This document shows positions 1-11,103 of a DNA stretch of 32,000 bases, one piece after another. The first letter of the stretch is position 1; every line of letters starts with the position of its first letter. Position numbers and translations under genes: made by a program. Below the pieces are notes generated by a model. The model was not told the DNA's origin. It did not search any database and worked only from the letters and a program-made list of their open reading frames with translations. This DNA comes from Caedibacter taeniospiralis (GTDB lineage: Bacteria; Pseudomonadota; Gammaproteobacteria; Francisellales; Francisellaceae). The stretch is taken from contig NZ_PGGB02000013.1 in NCBI RefSeq assembly GCF_002803295.2, forward strand, positions 1-32,000, in the 5' to 3' direction.

Positions 1-352
1 AACAGCTCGTGAGCGTTAAAACTATCCTTGATTTAAGTCTGCGCCCAAAAGGCGCTCCCAATGTCAAATGCAGATTACTTCGGGCGCATTCCAAGTTTGT
101 GGACGATTGTGCATTCTTGCTCCCACGCGGGAGCGTGGGAGCAAGAATATAAGTCGCGTTACTTGAACCTGTGAATTTGATTTTGGCTACACATTCACCG
201 CGGGCAATAAATTTACTGCGCCATTTGCTAAAAGAGGCTTTGGTGACTCCTTGCTGCTCACAAAAGAGCGTCTGTGTTAATCCAGATGTTTCCCAGTCTT
301 TGATCAGTTGTAACCACTTCGTTTCTGTTTCGCTCATCGCTGCTTGCTTCAT
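1..352 (-). CDS. IS66-family TnpA-like helix-turn-helix accessory protein; only the N-terminal ~55 aa look native, and the frame stays open to the window edge
   Basis: Minus-strand ATG at 352-350. My translation is MKQAAMSETETKWLQLIKDWETSGLTQTLFCEQQGVTKASFSKWRSKFIARGE... This shows the W..L(I)..W..SGL(T/S)Q..FC...G(V)....F..WR pattern I associate with IS66-type orf1/TnpA proteins. The distal part reads through a 36-bp perfect palindrome, so it is probably not genuine coding sequence. It is absent from the ORF track because no stop falls inside the window. Confidence 0.4.
   Translation of the reverse strand, partial: MKQAAMSETETKWLQLIKDWETSGLTQTLFCEQQGVTKASFSKWRSKFIARGECVAKIKFTGSSNATYILAPTLPRGSKNAQSSTNLECARSNLHLTLGAPFGRRLKSRIVLTLTSC
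113..148. repeat. Perfect palindrome with 16-bp arms and a 4-nt loop (ATTCTTGCTCCCACGC-GGGA-GCGTGGGAGCAAGAAT)
   Basis: Read directly from the sequence: the arms are exact reverse complements. A smaller GCGCC-CAAAA-GGCGC hairpin lies at 41-55. Confidence 0.9.
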
Positions 353-379
353 GTTTTAATATACACAAGCATAGTTTGA

Positions 380-553
380 CAACTAAAAACTCAGAATGTT
401 AGACGGGGTTCTTGGAGCGCTTACGATCATTCGAACATCAAGCGCCGAACTAATCCTATGTTGGGATTTAAGTCGTGGGATTCAATGGAGTCAACAATTG
501 CTGGATATGAACTGGTGAAAAGGAAGCATAAAACGGGTCTTGTGATCAGTTAA
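380..553 (+). pseudogene. IS6-family transposase, C-terminal remnant only
   Basis: The frame opening after TGA at 377-379 reads QLKTQNVRRGSWSAYDHSNIKRRTNPMLGFKSWDSMESTIAGYELVKRKHKTGLVIS*. This matches the conserved IS6/IS26-type C-terminus (..DH..IKRR..PMLGFKS......T..G.E.....RK.Q). There is no start codon and no catalytic N-terminal part. Confidence 0.55.
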
Positions 554-707
554 ACTATACTGCTTGTAAACCTGACTGCTCTATAAGTAGTCGGGTAAAA
601 TGATTCACGATTGGGCGAAAAGCGCTAGACAACTTGGCTGGCAAAATATAAACTCTGACCCTGAATTTTAATCTTGAAAAATTGTAGAGTGTAGATAAGG
701 AATAACA

Positions 708-2027
708 ATGCAAGTATCGGTTGAAAAAAAAGAGGGCATTCATTGCGTTTTAAGTGTCGAGCTGCCCGCTGCTGAAATTGATCAGGAAGTATCAAAGCGA
801 ATTGGTAAAATCGCAAAAACAGCTAAGATGGATGGTTTTAAACCTGGTAAGGTGCCTGCAGGGATAATTAAAAAAAAATATGGTGAACAAGTTCGCTTTG
901 AAGTGTTAGGTGATGTCTTACCCTCTAAATACAGTAAAGCAATTCAAGATCAACGTTTAAATGCCGCAGGTGTCGAGGTTGAAATTCTCAACAATAGAGA
1001 AGGTGAGGCGCTTAAATTTAATGTGAATGTCGAACTTTTCCCTGAAGTTAAAGTAACCAATCTTGATAAGATTGAGGTTGAAAAACCTGTGGTTGAGCTA
1101 GGACAAGCACAGATGGATAAAATGATCGACAATCTTCGTAAGCAACTGGCAACCTGGAAAGAGGTTGAGCGCGAAGTCAGGCTTGATGATCGTGTTATTA
1201 TTGACTTTGTCGGGCGCGTAGATGGTGAGGTCTTTGAAGGTGGATCGGCGAATGCTTCTGAAGTAATTATTGGTTCAGGTCAGATGATTCCTGGATTTGA
1301 AGATCGCATCATTGGGATGATAAAAGATGAAGAGAAAACCATTGAAGTTACTTTTCCAGAGGACTATCAAGTTGAGAAGTTAAAAGGCAAACCAGCACAG
1401 TTTGATATTGTTGTGAAAAACATCAAAGAGGCAGAGCTGCCAAAAATTGATGATCAATTTGTTGAGCAGTTTGGCATCAAAGGTGGTGTCGATGAGTTCT
1501 ATGCTGAAATTAAGCAAAATATGGCGCGTGAGTTAAAAAATGCCATTAATAAAGTGGTTAAAATTCAGGTTTTTGAGCAGTTAGTCAACCTGATTGAGTT
1601 TGATGTGCCGAAGGCGCTTATCCAGCGTGAAATCGACAAATCCAAGCATGACTTGATTGAGCGTATGGGTGGCGACAAGGCGAAGATGAAAGCAGAAAAT
1701 TTACCTGATGACTTGTTTAGAAAGAAAGCAGCATTTTCGGTGAAGTTGGGTTTAATTCTACAGGCAATCGTGCGTGATCAGAAGCTTGAAGCAGATCATG
1801 CAGGCGTCGATGAAATCATTGAAGAAATGGCATCTGTGTATGAAGATGCACAAGAAGTTCGCGATCATGTTAAAAAAAGCAAAGCAGAGCTTGATAATGT
1901 TAAAAACACGGTCATTGAGAACAAGCTGGTTGAGTGGGTGGTTGCCCAGGGAAAAACAACTGAAAAAGCAGAAGATTTTTTTGAGTTGATCAAGAAAGTG
2001 TTGCCACAAGGTGGGGTTCCCCACTAA
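708..2027 (+). CDS. tig: Trigger factor
   Basis: 439-aa ORF. The N-terminus MQVSVEKKEGIHCVLSVELPAAEID and an internal FKBP-type PPIase segment (DFVGRVDGEVFEGG...IPGFEDRIIGM) fit trigger factor. The position upstream of clpP-clpX-lon is the classic synteny. Confidence 0.97.
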   Translation: MQVSVEKKEGIHCVLSVELPAAEIDQEVSKRIGKIAKTAKMDGFKPGKVPAGIIKKKYGEQVRFEVLGDVLPSKYSKAIQDQRLNAAGVEVEILNNREGEALKFNVNVELFPEVKVTNLDKIEVEKPVVELGQAQMDKMIDNLRKQLATWKEVEREVRLDDRVIIDFVGRVDGEVFEGGSANASEVIIGSGQMIPGFEDRIIGMIKDEEKTIEVTFPEDYQVEKLKGKPAQFDIVVKNIKEAELPKIDDQFVEQFGIKGGVDEFYAEIKQNMARELKNAINKVVKIQVFEQLVNLIEFDVPKALIQREIDKSKHDLIERMGGDKAKMKAENLPDDLFRKKAAFSVKLGLILQAIVRDQKLEADHAGVDEIIEEMASVYEDAQEVRDHVKKSKAELDNVKNTVIENKLVEWVVAQGKTTEKAEDFFELIKKVLPQGGVPH

Positions 2028-2086
2028 AACAAGCCATTTTGTGCCAGTGAAGTACTTGAGAAAATGAATGAATCAACTTAAACTGG

Positions 2087-2108
2087 AGCCACGACTGTGG
2101 CTTTTTTA
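2087..2108 (+). terminator. Rho-independent terminator after tig
   Basis: AGCCAC-GACT-GTGGCT stem-loop followed by a T run (TTTTTTATT), about 60 nt after the tig stop. Confidence 0.65.
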
Positions 2109-2165
2109 TTGATAACTTTACATGTGCTTACGCACTATAACGATATGGATATAAGGTGAGAATTT

Positions 2166-2777
2166 ATGATTACGAACAATTTAGTGCCCATGGTGGTTGA
2201 GCAAACGTCACGCGGCGAGCGATCTTATGATATCTACTCACGCCTCTTGAAAGAGCGCATTGTGTTTTTAAACGGTGAAGTGAATGATACTTCTGCCAAT
2301 TTGGTCATTGCTCAGTTGCTATTTTTAGAATCTGAAAATCCCGATAAGGATATTTATTTCTACATTAATTCGCCGGGTGGATCGGTGACCGCTGGCATGG
2401 GAGTCTATGATACCATGCAGTTTATTAAACCCAATGTAAGCACGATTTGCATTGGCTTGGCAGCGAGCATGGGTGCCGTGTTATTGGCAGCTGGCGAGAA
2501 AGGTAAACGCTTTAGCTTGCCACATTCGCAAATTATGATTCACCAGCCGTTAGGTGGTTTCAGAGGTCAAGCGTCAGATGTTGAAATTCATGCGCGCAAT
2601 ATGCTTAGAATTAAAGAGCGTTTGAATAAGGTGCTAGCACGCCATACCGGACAAAGCTATGAGCAAACGGTGAAAGACACCGATCGTGATAATTTTATGA
2701 TGGCGGAAGAGGCAAAAGAATACGGTTTGTTAGATCAGGTAATCGAGTCAAGATTAAGTATTCCAAATGCCAAATAA
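2166..2777 (+). CDS. clpP: ATP-dependent Clp protease proteolytic subunit
   Basis: 203 aa. Motifs [40 protein letters not shown] (catalytic Ser) and MIHQPLGG (His) are present. Confidence 0.97.
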   Translation: MITNNLVPMVVEQTSRGERSYDIYSRLLKERIVFLNGEVNDTSANLVIAQLLFLESENPDKDIYFYINSPGGSVTAGMGVYDTMQFIKPNVSTICIGLAASMGAVLLAAGEKGKRFSLPHSQIMIHQPLGGFRGQASDVEIHARNMLRIKERLNKVLARHTGQSYEQTVKDTDRDNFMMAEEAKEYGLLDQVIESRLSIPNAK

Positions 2778-2808
2778 AGGTATTGGGACAATATCTTCGC
2801 CGATAATG

Positions 2809-2871
2809 ACGTATTGCGCAGGGGCGTATTGCATACGCCTTTCTAAAAATGGGCGGAAATTCTGGCAAGGC
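2809..2871. repeat. Repeat module in the clpP-clpX spacer: GC hairpin GGGGCGTATTGCATACGCC plus a MITE-end-like TGGGCGGAAATTCTGGCAAGGC
   Basis: 2821-2839 is identical to 12588-12606. 2850-2871 resembles the right ends of the MITE copies at 12549-12571 and 29797-29819. A partial CGTATTGCGCA duplicate precedes it at 2810-2820. Confidence 0.6.
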
Positions 2872-2954
2872 GCAAATAAATAGCCTGAATTTCTGTTAGT
2901 GGGTTTCATCTCTTTGGGCAATTTTTGATTATTTTTATTGATAGCGAGGATGGT

Positions 2955-4265
2955 ATGGCAAGAAAAAAACGTGGCGGCGGTGATGGTAGTGAAAAAATTC
3001 CTACGCTTCATTGCTCATTTTGTGGAAAGACTCAGCACCAGGTGCGTAGGCTCATTGCAGGACCTTCTGTTTATATTTGTAATGAATGTGTTGCTTTGTC
3101 TACTGAGATCATTAATGGTAGCAGTACACATGATTTTTCAATGCCAGATTCATCAACCATAGAGGGAAATAAACATTTGCCAAAGCCAGTTGATATAAAG
3201 AAACACCTGGATGCGTATATCATTGGGCAAGATGAACCTAAAAAGATTTTGTCGGTTGCGGTATATAACCATTACAAACGGATTTACAACAAGCAAGGGC
3301 AGGATGATGATGTTACCTTAGCAAAGAGTAACATTCTGCTTTTAGGACCAACAGGTTCAGGTAAAACACTCCTGGCACAAACGTTGGCTAAAATGTTAAA
3401 TGTGCCCTTTGCAATCGCTGATGCGACGACGTTGACTGAAGCTGGTTATGTTGGTGAAGACGTTGAAAACGTCATTCAAAAACTACTACAAAATGCGGAT
3501 TTTGATGTTAAAAGGGCAGAGCGTGGCATCGTTTATATTGATGAAATTGATAAGATTGCACGTAAATCAGAAAATCCTTCAATCACCAGAGATGTTTCTG
3601 GCGAAGGGGTTCAACAGGCGCTATTAAAGCTTATTGAAGGCACCGTGGCGTCTGTGCCACCAAAAGGTGGGCGTAAGCATCCCAATCAAGACTTAGAGCA
3701 GGTTGATACCACGAATATCTTATTTATTTGTGGCGGTGCCTTCGCTGGAATTGAGTCGATTATTCAGCATCGAACTGAGAAATCAGGCATTGGATTTGGC
3801 GCAGAGGTATTTGGTAAAAACGATCAAGTCTCACACAATCGTCTATTGAAACAGGTTGAACCAGAAGATCTGATTAAATTTGGATTAATTCCTGAATTAA
3901 TTGGACGTTTGCCTGTGATGGCAATTTTAGAAGAGCTGGATGAGGCGGCGCTTTTAAAAATTCTAACAGAACCTAAAAATGCACTGATTAAACAGTATAC
4001 TAAGCTATTTGAAATCGAGGGTGTTAAGGTTGAATTTACACTCGAAGCGATTAAGGCTACTGCACACAAAGCAGTTAAACGTAAAACGGGTGCAAGAGGT
4101 CTAAGATCGATCCTGGAAAATGCGTTACTTAATGTCATGTTTGAAGCGCCATCGATCGATGATGTTGCGAAAGTTGTGATTGATGAAGCGGTCATTCACG
4201 GTCATGAAGAGCCATTGATTGTGTTAAAGGATCAGGCAAAATTTAGATTGGTGTTAGGTCAATAA
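2955..4265 (+). CDS. clpX: ATP-dependent Clp protease ATP-binding subunit ClpX
   Basis: Zinc-finger N-terminus [28 protein letters not shown] and Walker [17 protein letters not shown] prefer the ATG at 2955 (GAGGA 6 nt upstream) over the track start at 2925, whose extra 10 aa lie in the repeat-containing spacer. Confidence 0.96.
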   Translation: MARKKRGGGDGSEKIPTLHCSFCGKTQHQVRRLIAGPSVYICNECVALSTEIINGSSTHDFSMPDSSTIEGNKHLPKPVDIKKHLDAYIIGQDEPKKILSVAVYNHYKRIYNKQGQDDDVTLAKSNILLLGPTGSGKTLLAQTLAKMLNVPFAIADATTLTEAGYVGEDVENVIQKLLQNADFDVKRAERGIVYIDEIDKIARKSENPSITRDVSGEGVQQALLKLIEGTVASVPPKGGRKHPNQDLEQVDTTNILFICGGAFAGIESIIQHRTEKSGIGFGAEVFGKNDQVSHNRLLKQVEPEDLIKFGLIPELIGRLPVMAILEELDEAALLKILTEPKNALIKQYTKLFEIEGVKVEFTLEAIKATAHKAVKRKTGARGLRSILENALLNVMFEAPSIDDVAKVVIDEAVIHGHEEPLIVLKDQAKFRLVLGQ

Positions 4266-4278
4266 GGTTAAATTTTTC

Positions 4279-6630
4279 ATGCAACTATATTCCAATGAAA
4301 AACAAAGTGTAGAAGAGTTGGTGCCTGTTGTGCCACTAAGAGATATTGTGGTCTATCCGTATATGGCAGTGCCGCTTTTTGTGGGTAGAGAGAAATCTAT
4401 TGCTGCAATTAGTGAAGCGCATGCGACAAGGCAAAAAATATTATTGATGACGCAGAAAACAGACGAGGTGGATAATCCCAAAGTTAAGGATCTCCACACT
4501 ACGGGGACCTATGCCAGAATTTTGCAGTTAATGAAGCTGCCAGATGGCACCTATAAAGTGCTGGTTGAAGGCATTCGTCGCACAAAGGTGCTTAAGTATT
4601 ATGAGGAGGCTCCTTTTATTGCTGCTCAAATCGAGTTAATTGAGACCGTAAATGACTTAAGTGAGGCTGATGAAAGCGGTTTTGTGCGTGCAATTTTGTC
4701 AAGTTTTAAATCCTTGTCTGAAATGGGCGGGCAGATTCCAAAAGAAATTATATCCTCGATTTTGTCAGATACAAATTTGACTCGCCTGATTGATACAGTG
4801 GTAGCACAAGTGCATTCTCCAGTTGCCAAAAAACAGGAAGTGCTGGAGGCAGAGACTTTACAGCAACGCGCGGCTCTCTTGTTAAAACTGCTTATAGCTG
4901 AAACTGAAGTGCTGGAGCTTGAGCGTAATATTAAAGATCGCGTTAAATCACAGGTTGAGCGCAATCAGCGTGAGTATTATCTTAATGAGCAGATTAAAGC
5001 CATCTACAAGGAAATGGGGGATGTAGATGATATGCAGGAATTTGAGCAGCTAAGAGAAAAAATTGAACAAGCGAAAATGTCAACTGAGGCAACTGAAAAA
5101 GCTTTTTCAGAACTTAAAAAACTTAAGTCAATGCCTCCTGCTTCTGCTGAATCTTCGGTGTCACGTAATTACATTGATGCGCTAACGAGTCTTCCTTGGT
5201 CAAAGCGAACAAAGGTTAAAAAAGATTTACTGCAGGCTGAAAAGATACTTAACACTGATCATTACGGGCTTGAAAAAGTCAAAGAGCGCATTTTGGAATA
5301 TTTGGCTGTTCAACAGAGGATGCGTAAAATCAAAGGACCTATTTTATGCCTGGTTGGTCCCCCTGGAGTCGGTAAGACCTCTTTGGGGCAGTCTATTGCC
5401 AGAGCCACGGGACGTAAATATGTCCGTATGTCACTAGGTGGGGTTAAGGATGAGGCTGAGATCAGAGGGCACCGCAGAACCTATATTGGTGCGCTGCCTG
5501 GTCAGATCATGCAAAAAATCAATAAAGTACAGGTGAATAATCCATTATTCCTATTAGATGAAATCGATAAGATGGCATTTGATTTTAGGGGAGATCCTGC
5601 TTCCGCCATGCTTGAAGTACTGGATCCCGAGCAAAACAATGCCTTTAATGATCACTACTTAGACGTTGATTATGATTTGTCCGATGTGATGTTTGTTGCC
5701 ACAGCCAATAGCTTAAACATTCCAGATGCGCTTCGCGATCGGATGGAAATCATTTATTTGTCAGGTTATACCGAAGACGAAAAGAAAAACATTGCTAAGA
5801 ATTATTTGTTACCTAAGGCGATTAAAGATAATGGTCTGAAGGAAAGTGAGATTAGTATTGCCGATAAAGTCATTGAAGATATTATTCGTTACTATACGCG
5901 TGAAGCGGGTGTACGTCGTTTGCAGCAAGAGCTCAACAAGCTGTGTCGCAAAGCAGTGAAGCACATCTTACTGACCAAAGATGGCAAGAAGGTTTCCATT
6001 AATAGTAAGAATCTTGAGAAATATCTAGGTGTCAGGCGTTATGATTTTGGCTTGGTGCAACAGCAGGATAAGGTGGGACAGGTCACGGGTCTTGCGTGGA
6101 CGGAAGTCGGAGGAGATTTATTGACTATCGAGGCAGTTGCAACGATTGGCAAGGGCAAGCTTAAGACCACAGGAAAACTGGGGGATGTGATGCAGGAGTC
6201 TATCCATGCGGCTTTAACCGTTGTGCGAACCATTGCAAAGAACTACGGCATTGAAGATGATTTTTATGAGAAAAAAGATTTTCATATCCATGTGCCAGAA
6301 GGGGCTACTCCTAAGGATGGACCAAGTGCAGGGGTTGCGATGTGCACAGCGGTACTGTCATCATTGACGAGTATTCCAGTCAGAAGAGATGTTGCGATGA
6401 CAGGCGAGATCACCTTGCGCGGCGATGTGCTACCCATTGGTGGCTTAAAAGAAAAATTATTGGCAGCACTTCGTGGTGAAATCAAGACTGTGTTAATTCC
6501 TTATGATAATAAAAAGGATTTGCAGGAGATTCCGCAGAACGTTAAAGATGGCCTTGAAATTATTACCGTTAAGCGTATTGACGAGGTTTTAGAACGTGCT
6601 CTTTTGGTGAAAAAAGGCAGAAAAAGTTAA
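4279..6630 (+). CDS. lon: Lon protease (LonA type)
   Basis: 783 aa. LON N-domain, Walker [10 protein letters not shown] and the protease Ser motif [11 protein letters not shown] are present. Synteny after clpX supports the call. Confidence 0.97.
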   Translation: MQLYSNEKQSVEELVPVVPLRDIVVYPYMAVPLFVGREKSIAAISEAHATRQKILLMTQKTDEVDNPKVKDLHTTGTYARILQLMKLPDGTYKVLVEGIRRTKVLKYYEEAPFIAAQIELIETVNDLSEADESGFVRAILSSFKSLSEMGGQIPKEIISSILSDTNLTRLIDTVVAQVHSPVAKKQEVLEAETLQQRAALLLKLLIAETEVLELERNIKDRVKSQVERNQREYYLNEQIKAIYKEMGDVDDMQEFEQLREKIEQAKMSTEATEKAFSELKKLKSMPPASAESSVSRNYIDALTSLPWSKRTKVKKDLLQAEKILNTDHYGLEKVKERILEYLAVQQRMRKIKGPILCLVGPPGVGKTSLGQSIARATGRKYVRMSLGGVKDEAEIRGHRRTYIGALPGQIMQKINKVQVNNPLFLLDEIDKMAFDFRGDPASAMLEVLDPEQNNAFNDHYLDVDYDLSDVMFVATANSLNIPDALRDRMEIIYLSGYTEDEKKNIAKNYLLPKAIKDNGLKESEISIADKVIEDIIRYYTREAGVRRLQQELNKLCRKAVKHILLTKDGKKVSINSKNLEKYLGVRRYDFGLVQQQDKVGQVTGLAWTEVGGDLLTIEAVATIGKGKLKTTGKLGDVMQESIHAALTVVRTIAKNYGIEDDFYEKKDFHIHVPEGATPKDGPSAGVAMCTAVLSSLTSIPVRRDVAMTGEITLRGDVLPIGGLKEKLLAALRGEIKTVLIPYDNKKDLQEIPQNVKDGLEIITVKRIDEVLERALLVKKGRKS

Positions 6631-6678
6631 AAAAAACCAAAAAAACGTTAAAAAATCGCGAATTAGCAATAAACCGTG

Positions 6679-6707
6679 TTGACGTGAGATAGCGCGCTTG
6701 CTATAAC
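6679..6707 (+). promoter_or_regulatory. Sigma70-type promoter for hupB
   Basis: TTGACG (6679-6684), a 17-nt spacer, then TATAAC (6702-6707), about 70 nt upstream of the hupB GTG start. Confidence 0.5.
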
Positions 6708-6775
6708 TTAGGCGACTTAAGCGGCAAGGCTTCGCTTAAATTAAGAGTTATTCAACAACGAAAGAGGAAAACATC

Positions 6776-7048
6776 GTGAATAAGAGTGAACTAGTAAAAG
6801 CAATCGCAGAAAAAGCTGATGTAACGAAGGACGTCGCTCAGCGCACGTTAGATGCAACGACTGAAGCAGTAACGGAAGCATTAAAATCAGGTCAAACGGT
6901 CACTTTGGTTGGATTTGGTTCATTCCAGGTTCGTGACAGGGCTGCTCGTGAGGGTCGTAACCCTAAGACAGGTCAAAAGATGAAGATTAAAGCTTCTAAG
7001 TCCCCTTCATTTAAAGCGGGAAAATTATTGAAAGACGCAGTGAACTAA
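6776..7048 (+). CDS. hupB: DNA-binding protein HU (beta-like)
   Basis: 90 aa: [27 protein letters not shown]...[48 protein letters not shown] start with a GAGGAAA Shine-Dalgarno sequence. Confidence 0.93.
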   Translation: MNKSELVKAIAEKADVTKDVAQRTLDATTEAVTEALKSGQTVTLVGFGSFQVRDRAAREGRNPKTGQKMKIKASKSPSFKAGKLLKDAVN

Positions 7049-7064
7049 TATATAGTTTCGCACT

Positions 7065-7146
7065 CGTGGAAGTGCTTGGCTTAACTGCGAGAGCATCGCC
7101 CTTGCAGGGCGATGGGTCGGCGGTTCGACCCCCCGAGCACCCACCA
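7065..7146 (+). pseudogene. tRNA-Ala(UGC)-like relic, degenerate and probably non-functional
   Basis: The anticodon arm is intact: TCGCC-CTTGCAG-GGCGA (7096-7112, anticodon TGC, T33, A37). A GGTTCGACC T-loop and an AGCACCC-A-CCA 3' end are also present. However, the T-stem (GGCGG/CCCCG) has 2 mismatches in 5 bp, the D-loop is oversized, and no 5' strand complements the acceptor 3' strand. Confidence 0.35.
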
Positions 7147-7153
7147 CACATTT

Positions 7154-7182
7154 AAAGGCATGTTTCAAGCATGCCTTTTTTA
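7154..7182 (+). terminator. Rho-independent terminator after hupB and the tRNA-like relic
   Basis: AGGCATG-TTTCAAG-CATGCCT stem-loop followed by TTTTTTATTTT. Confidence 0.8.
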
Positions 7183-7257
7183 TTTTCGCTCCAGCATCTG
7201 CCATGCTAAGATGCGGCGACTTGGTTTAAGCTTAATGGAAACGGGTAGTGGCGTCAT

Positions 7258-8988
7258 ATGTTACAGTTGATAAATGACAAATTTAAAGGTTGGGTTACGT
7301 GGATCATTATCATCGCGGTAAGTGCCGTATTTGTACTAACAGGGATCAGTTATTTTTTTGTATCAAGTGGTGTGTCAGCTCAATCAGTGGCTAAAGTAGG
7401 TGATGTGCAGATTTCACAAAATAGTTATCAGCAGGCACTATCGCAGAACATACAGGTGCAACCTTCGCTGGGTCAAAAAACTTTGCAGCAAAAAACCCTG
7501 GATCAGCTTGTTGATCAAACGCTTTTGCAGCAGGATGCTAAAGCATCACATATTGTGGTTACAAACTCAGCAGTGTCCTCTGCGATTTTCCAAAACCCTG
7601 CATTTACTGAAAATGGTCAGTACTCAGCAAAACGCTTTGATGAGCTTGCCAAACTTTATGGTAGTGCCTCAAGTATTAAAGCGCTCATTGCAAATAATAT
7701 ACTCATCTCAAGCATTGTTACTCCTGTAATGCAAAGTCAGTTTGTATTGTCAAATGAGCGCAAAACCTTAAGCGCACTCATGGGGCAAAAACGTGAAATC
7801 AGCTACTATGAGTTTGCAGCAAGTGACTATGCTAAAAAATTAAAACCCACAGAAAAAGAGCTTGAGGCTTATTATGATCAGCATAAAGCGCAATATGAAC
7901 AACTTGAGCAGGCGATCATCTCTTATGTGAAACTCTCATCACAAGACTTTGTCACGAACGAGGTTTTGTCGCAAGATGACATCAATAGCTATTACCAGGC
8001 TAATAAAGACGCGCTCATGAGTCCAGAGTTAAGATCAGGTGAGGTAATCAGTGTTAAGAAAGATGCAAAAAATCGCAATGCCATCATTGAGAGACTTAAA
8101 GCGAACCAGGAATTAACGCCAGATGAGTTAAAAGGAGTTAATATTGAAGCAATCAAACCCTTATCACCATCTCAGGCTTCAAGCTTTACGCAATTCGCAT
8201 TGTTTAACTTAACGATGGAGTTGCCTATCAAAGAAACTTCTGATAATGAATTTGTGAAATTGACGAAAATTACGCCTCCAGCACCCATGGCATTGAATGA
8301 TGCGAAACCAGTCATTGAAAAAATTCTCAAAAATCGTGCGGCACTGACCAGGTTTAATGAGGTGTTGACGAGTATTAACAGCAATAGTTTTGATCAGGTA
8401 GTAAAAACGAACAAGCTTAAAGTTAATGTGACTAAAGCCTTTGACAAAAATACCATGGATTCAGGTGTTGAAGGCAATGCAAAGTTGCAGGAAGCGGTAT
8501 TTGATCAGCATAAAACGCAAGGTTTTATCGCGCAAGGTCAAACGGATGGCTTGATCTATAAGGTGGATAAAATCATTCCTAAGCATACTTTGTCTTTTGT
8601 TGAAGTTAAAGACAAAATTAAGGCAGCCTATGTTGATGAAAAGTCATTGAGTCTTGCCAAAGAACATGCTGATCAGGCGCTACAGACTTTACAAAAAGGT
8701 AAGACGCTGACCGCTGTAAAAGCAAAAACAGAGGAAATTACACGGGGCGACTTTGCCTTAGATTCTACGTTGAAAACGGCAATATTTAGTTATGCTCCAA
8801 AAGTCTATCAGCTGGCGCAAAATGGTCAGGCATATTGGGTTTACGAGGTCACAAAAGTGATAGACGGAAGCGATCAGCTACCAGCGCAGGTTTTGCAAAA
8901 TAACTATACCAATGCTGAGCTTAATGATTATCTGGTTGCACTTAAAAAACAATATCCCATTGAGATCAATCATCAATTGATTCAGTAA
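7258..8988 (+). CDS. ppiD: Periplasmic chaperone PpiD (membrane-anchored, parvulin-like)
   Basis: 576 aa. The N-terminal anchor MLQLINDKFKGWVTWIIIIAVSAVFVLTGISYF resembles PpiD, and the position after lon-hupB is conserved. Confidence 0.85.
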   Translation: MLQLINDKFKGWVTWIIIIAVSAVFVLTGISYFFVSSGVSAQSVAKVGDVQISQNSYQQALSQNIQVQPSLGQKTLQQKTLDQLVDQTLLQQDAKASHIVVTNSAVSSAIFQNPAFTENGQYSAKRFDELAKLYGSASSIKALIANNILISSIVTPVMQSQFVLSNERKTLSALMGQKREISYYEFAASDYAKKLKPTEKELEAYYDQHKAQYEQLEQAIISYVKLSSQDFVTNEVLSQDDINSYYQANKDALMSPELRSGEVISVKKDAKNRNAIIERLKANQELTPDELKGVNIEAIKPLSPSQASSFTQFALFNLTMELPIKETSDNEFVKLTKITPPAPMALNDAKPVIEKILKNRAALTRFNEVLTSINSNSFDQVVKTNKLKVNVTKAFDKNTMDSGVEGNAKLQEAVFDQHKTQGFIAQGQTDGLIYKVDKIIPKHTLSFVEVKDKIKAAYVDEKSLSLAKEHADQALQTLQKGKTLTAVKAKTEEITRGDFALDSTLKTAIFSYAPKVYQLAQNGQAYWVYEVTKVIDGSDQLPAQVLQNNYTNAELNDYLVALKKQYPIEINHQLIQ

Positions 8989-9001
8989 TTGTTTTTCTTT
9001 C

Positions 9002-9940
9002 ATGAATTCATTTTCTAAAGATATCTACGCTTTGGCAGGACCTACTGCCTCAGGTAAAACCGCATTATCGATTGAATTAGCTAAAAAGATGAATGCCGAA
9101 ATTATCAGCGTTGATTCGGCTTTGATCTACAAACGACTGAATATTGGCTCGGCTAAGCCCACCGTACTGGAGATGGATGGCGTTACCCATTACCTGATTG
9201 ATATTATCGAGCCCTGGTTAGCTTATTCAGTGAATGATTTTTTGGTTGATGCTAAAAGATTAATCACAGAGATTCATGCGCAAGGCAAAGAAGTCCTGTT
9301 AGTCGGTGGCACGATGATGTATTTCAAGGCGCTGCAAGAAGGAATTTCCAGGCTACCAGAGGCTGACGAAGCTGTAAGGATGCAGATAAAGCAAAGGTCT
9401 TTGGAATACTGGTATCAGTTTTTGCAACAGCAGGATCCTAAAACTGCGGTAAAACTTAATCCTAATGATCGGCAGCGCATTGAGCGCGCGACAGAGGTGA
9501 TATTGCTAACTGGGAAAGCTTATTCCAAGATGGTGGTACAAAATGCAAAAGAGGGTGGCTTAGGAGATTCACTCAAGCTTTGTGCGTTAGTACCAAGGGA
9601 TCGTAAAGCTCTCCACCAGCTGATTGAAAAACGCTTTTTGAGCATGCTTGAAAAAGGTTTTTTAGATGAAGTTCGTGGGTTAAAGCAGCTCAAGAATATG
9701 CACGCTGATTTGCCATCCATGCGTAGTGTGGGTTATCGTCAGGCCTGGCAGTATCTTAATGGTGAGTATGACTATCATGAATTTGTAGCTAAAGGGGTAG
9801 CAGCGACACGTCAGCTCGCCAAAAGGCAGCTAACCTGGATTCGCAATTGGCATAAGCCAATTTACCTGGTTGATGCCAATCAAAATTCTCAAATGAAGTT
9901 TGATCAGATTAAGGTGTTCTTCGATTGGGAGAGCTTTTAG
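9002..9940 (+). CDS. miaA: tRNA dimethylallyltransferase
   Basis: P-loop GPTASGKTALSIELAKKMNAEIISVDSALIYKRLNIGSAKPT and the C-terminal QLAKRQLTW motif. Confidence 0.95.
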   Translation: MNSFSKDIYALAGPTASGKTALSIELAKKMNAEIISVDSALIYKRLNIGSAKPTVLEMDGVTHYLIDIIEPWLAYSVNDFLVDAKRLITEIHAQGKEVLLVGGTMMYFKALQEGISRLPEADEAVRMQIKQRSLEYWYQFLQQQDPKTAVKLNPNDRQRIERATEVILLTGKAYSKMVVQNAKEGGLGDSLKLCALVPRDRKALHQLIEKRFLSMLEKGFLDEVRGLKQLKNMHADLPSMRSVGYRQAWQYLNGEYDYHEFVAKGVAATRQLAKRQLTWIRNWHKPIYLVDANQNSQMKFDQIKVFFDWESF

Positions 9941-10050
9941 GATGAGGCTTGCAATATAAGTTCAATTGGTAAGATGCTTTGTAGGTTTTATGCTGTACAT
10001 TTATATCAAATTCTTGGATCATATCTGGCGTTTAAACAGCAAGATAATAA

Positions 10051-11082
<1,032 letters not shown>

Positions 11083-11103
11083 AACAAACCTCAAGGAGTT
11101 GCA

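Noticed and set aside
2028-2165. Sigma32 heat-shock promoter upstream of clpP
   Set aside because: I looked for CTTGAAA-N13-17-CCCCAT-like elements. Only a TTGAGAA-like -35 is present, with no acceptable -10, so no call is made.
2754-3011. 85-aa minus-strand ORF across the clpP-clpX spacer
   Set aside because: It spans the repeat module and is antisense to the clpX start. No motifs were seen.
7065-7146. Calling a functional tRNA-Ala gene
   Set aside because: By hand folding, the acceptor stem cannot be formed, the T-stem has two mismatches and the D-arm is aberrant. It is therefore reported only as a relic.
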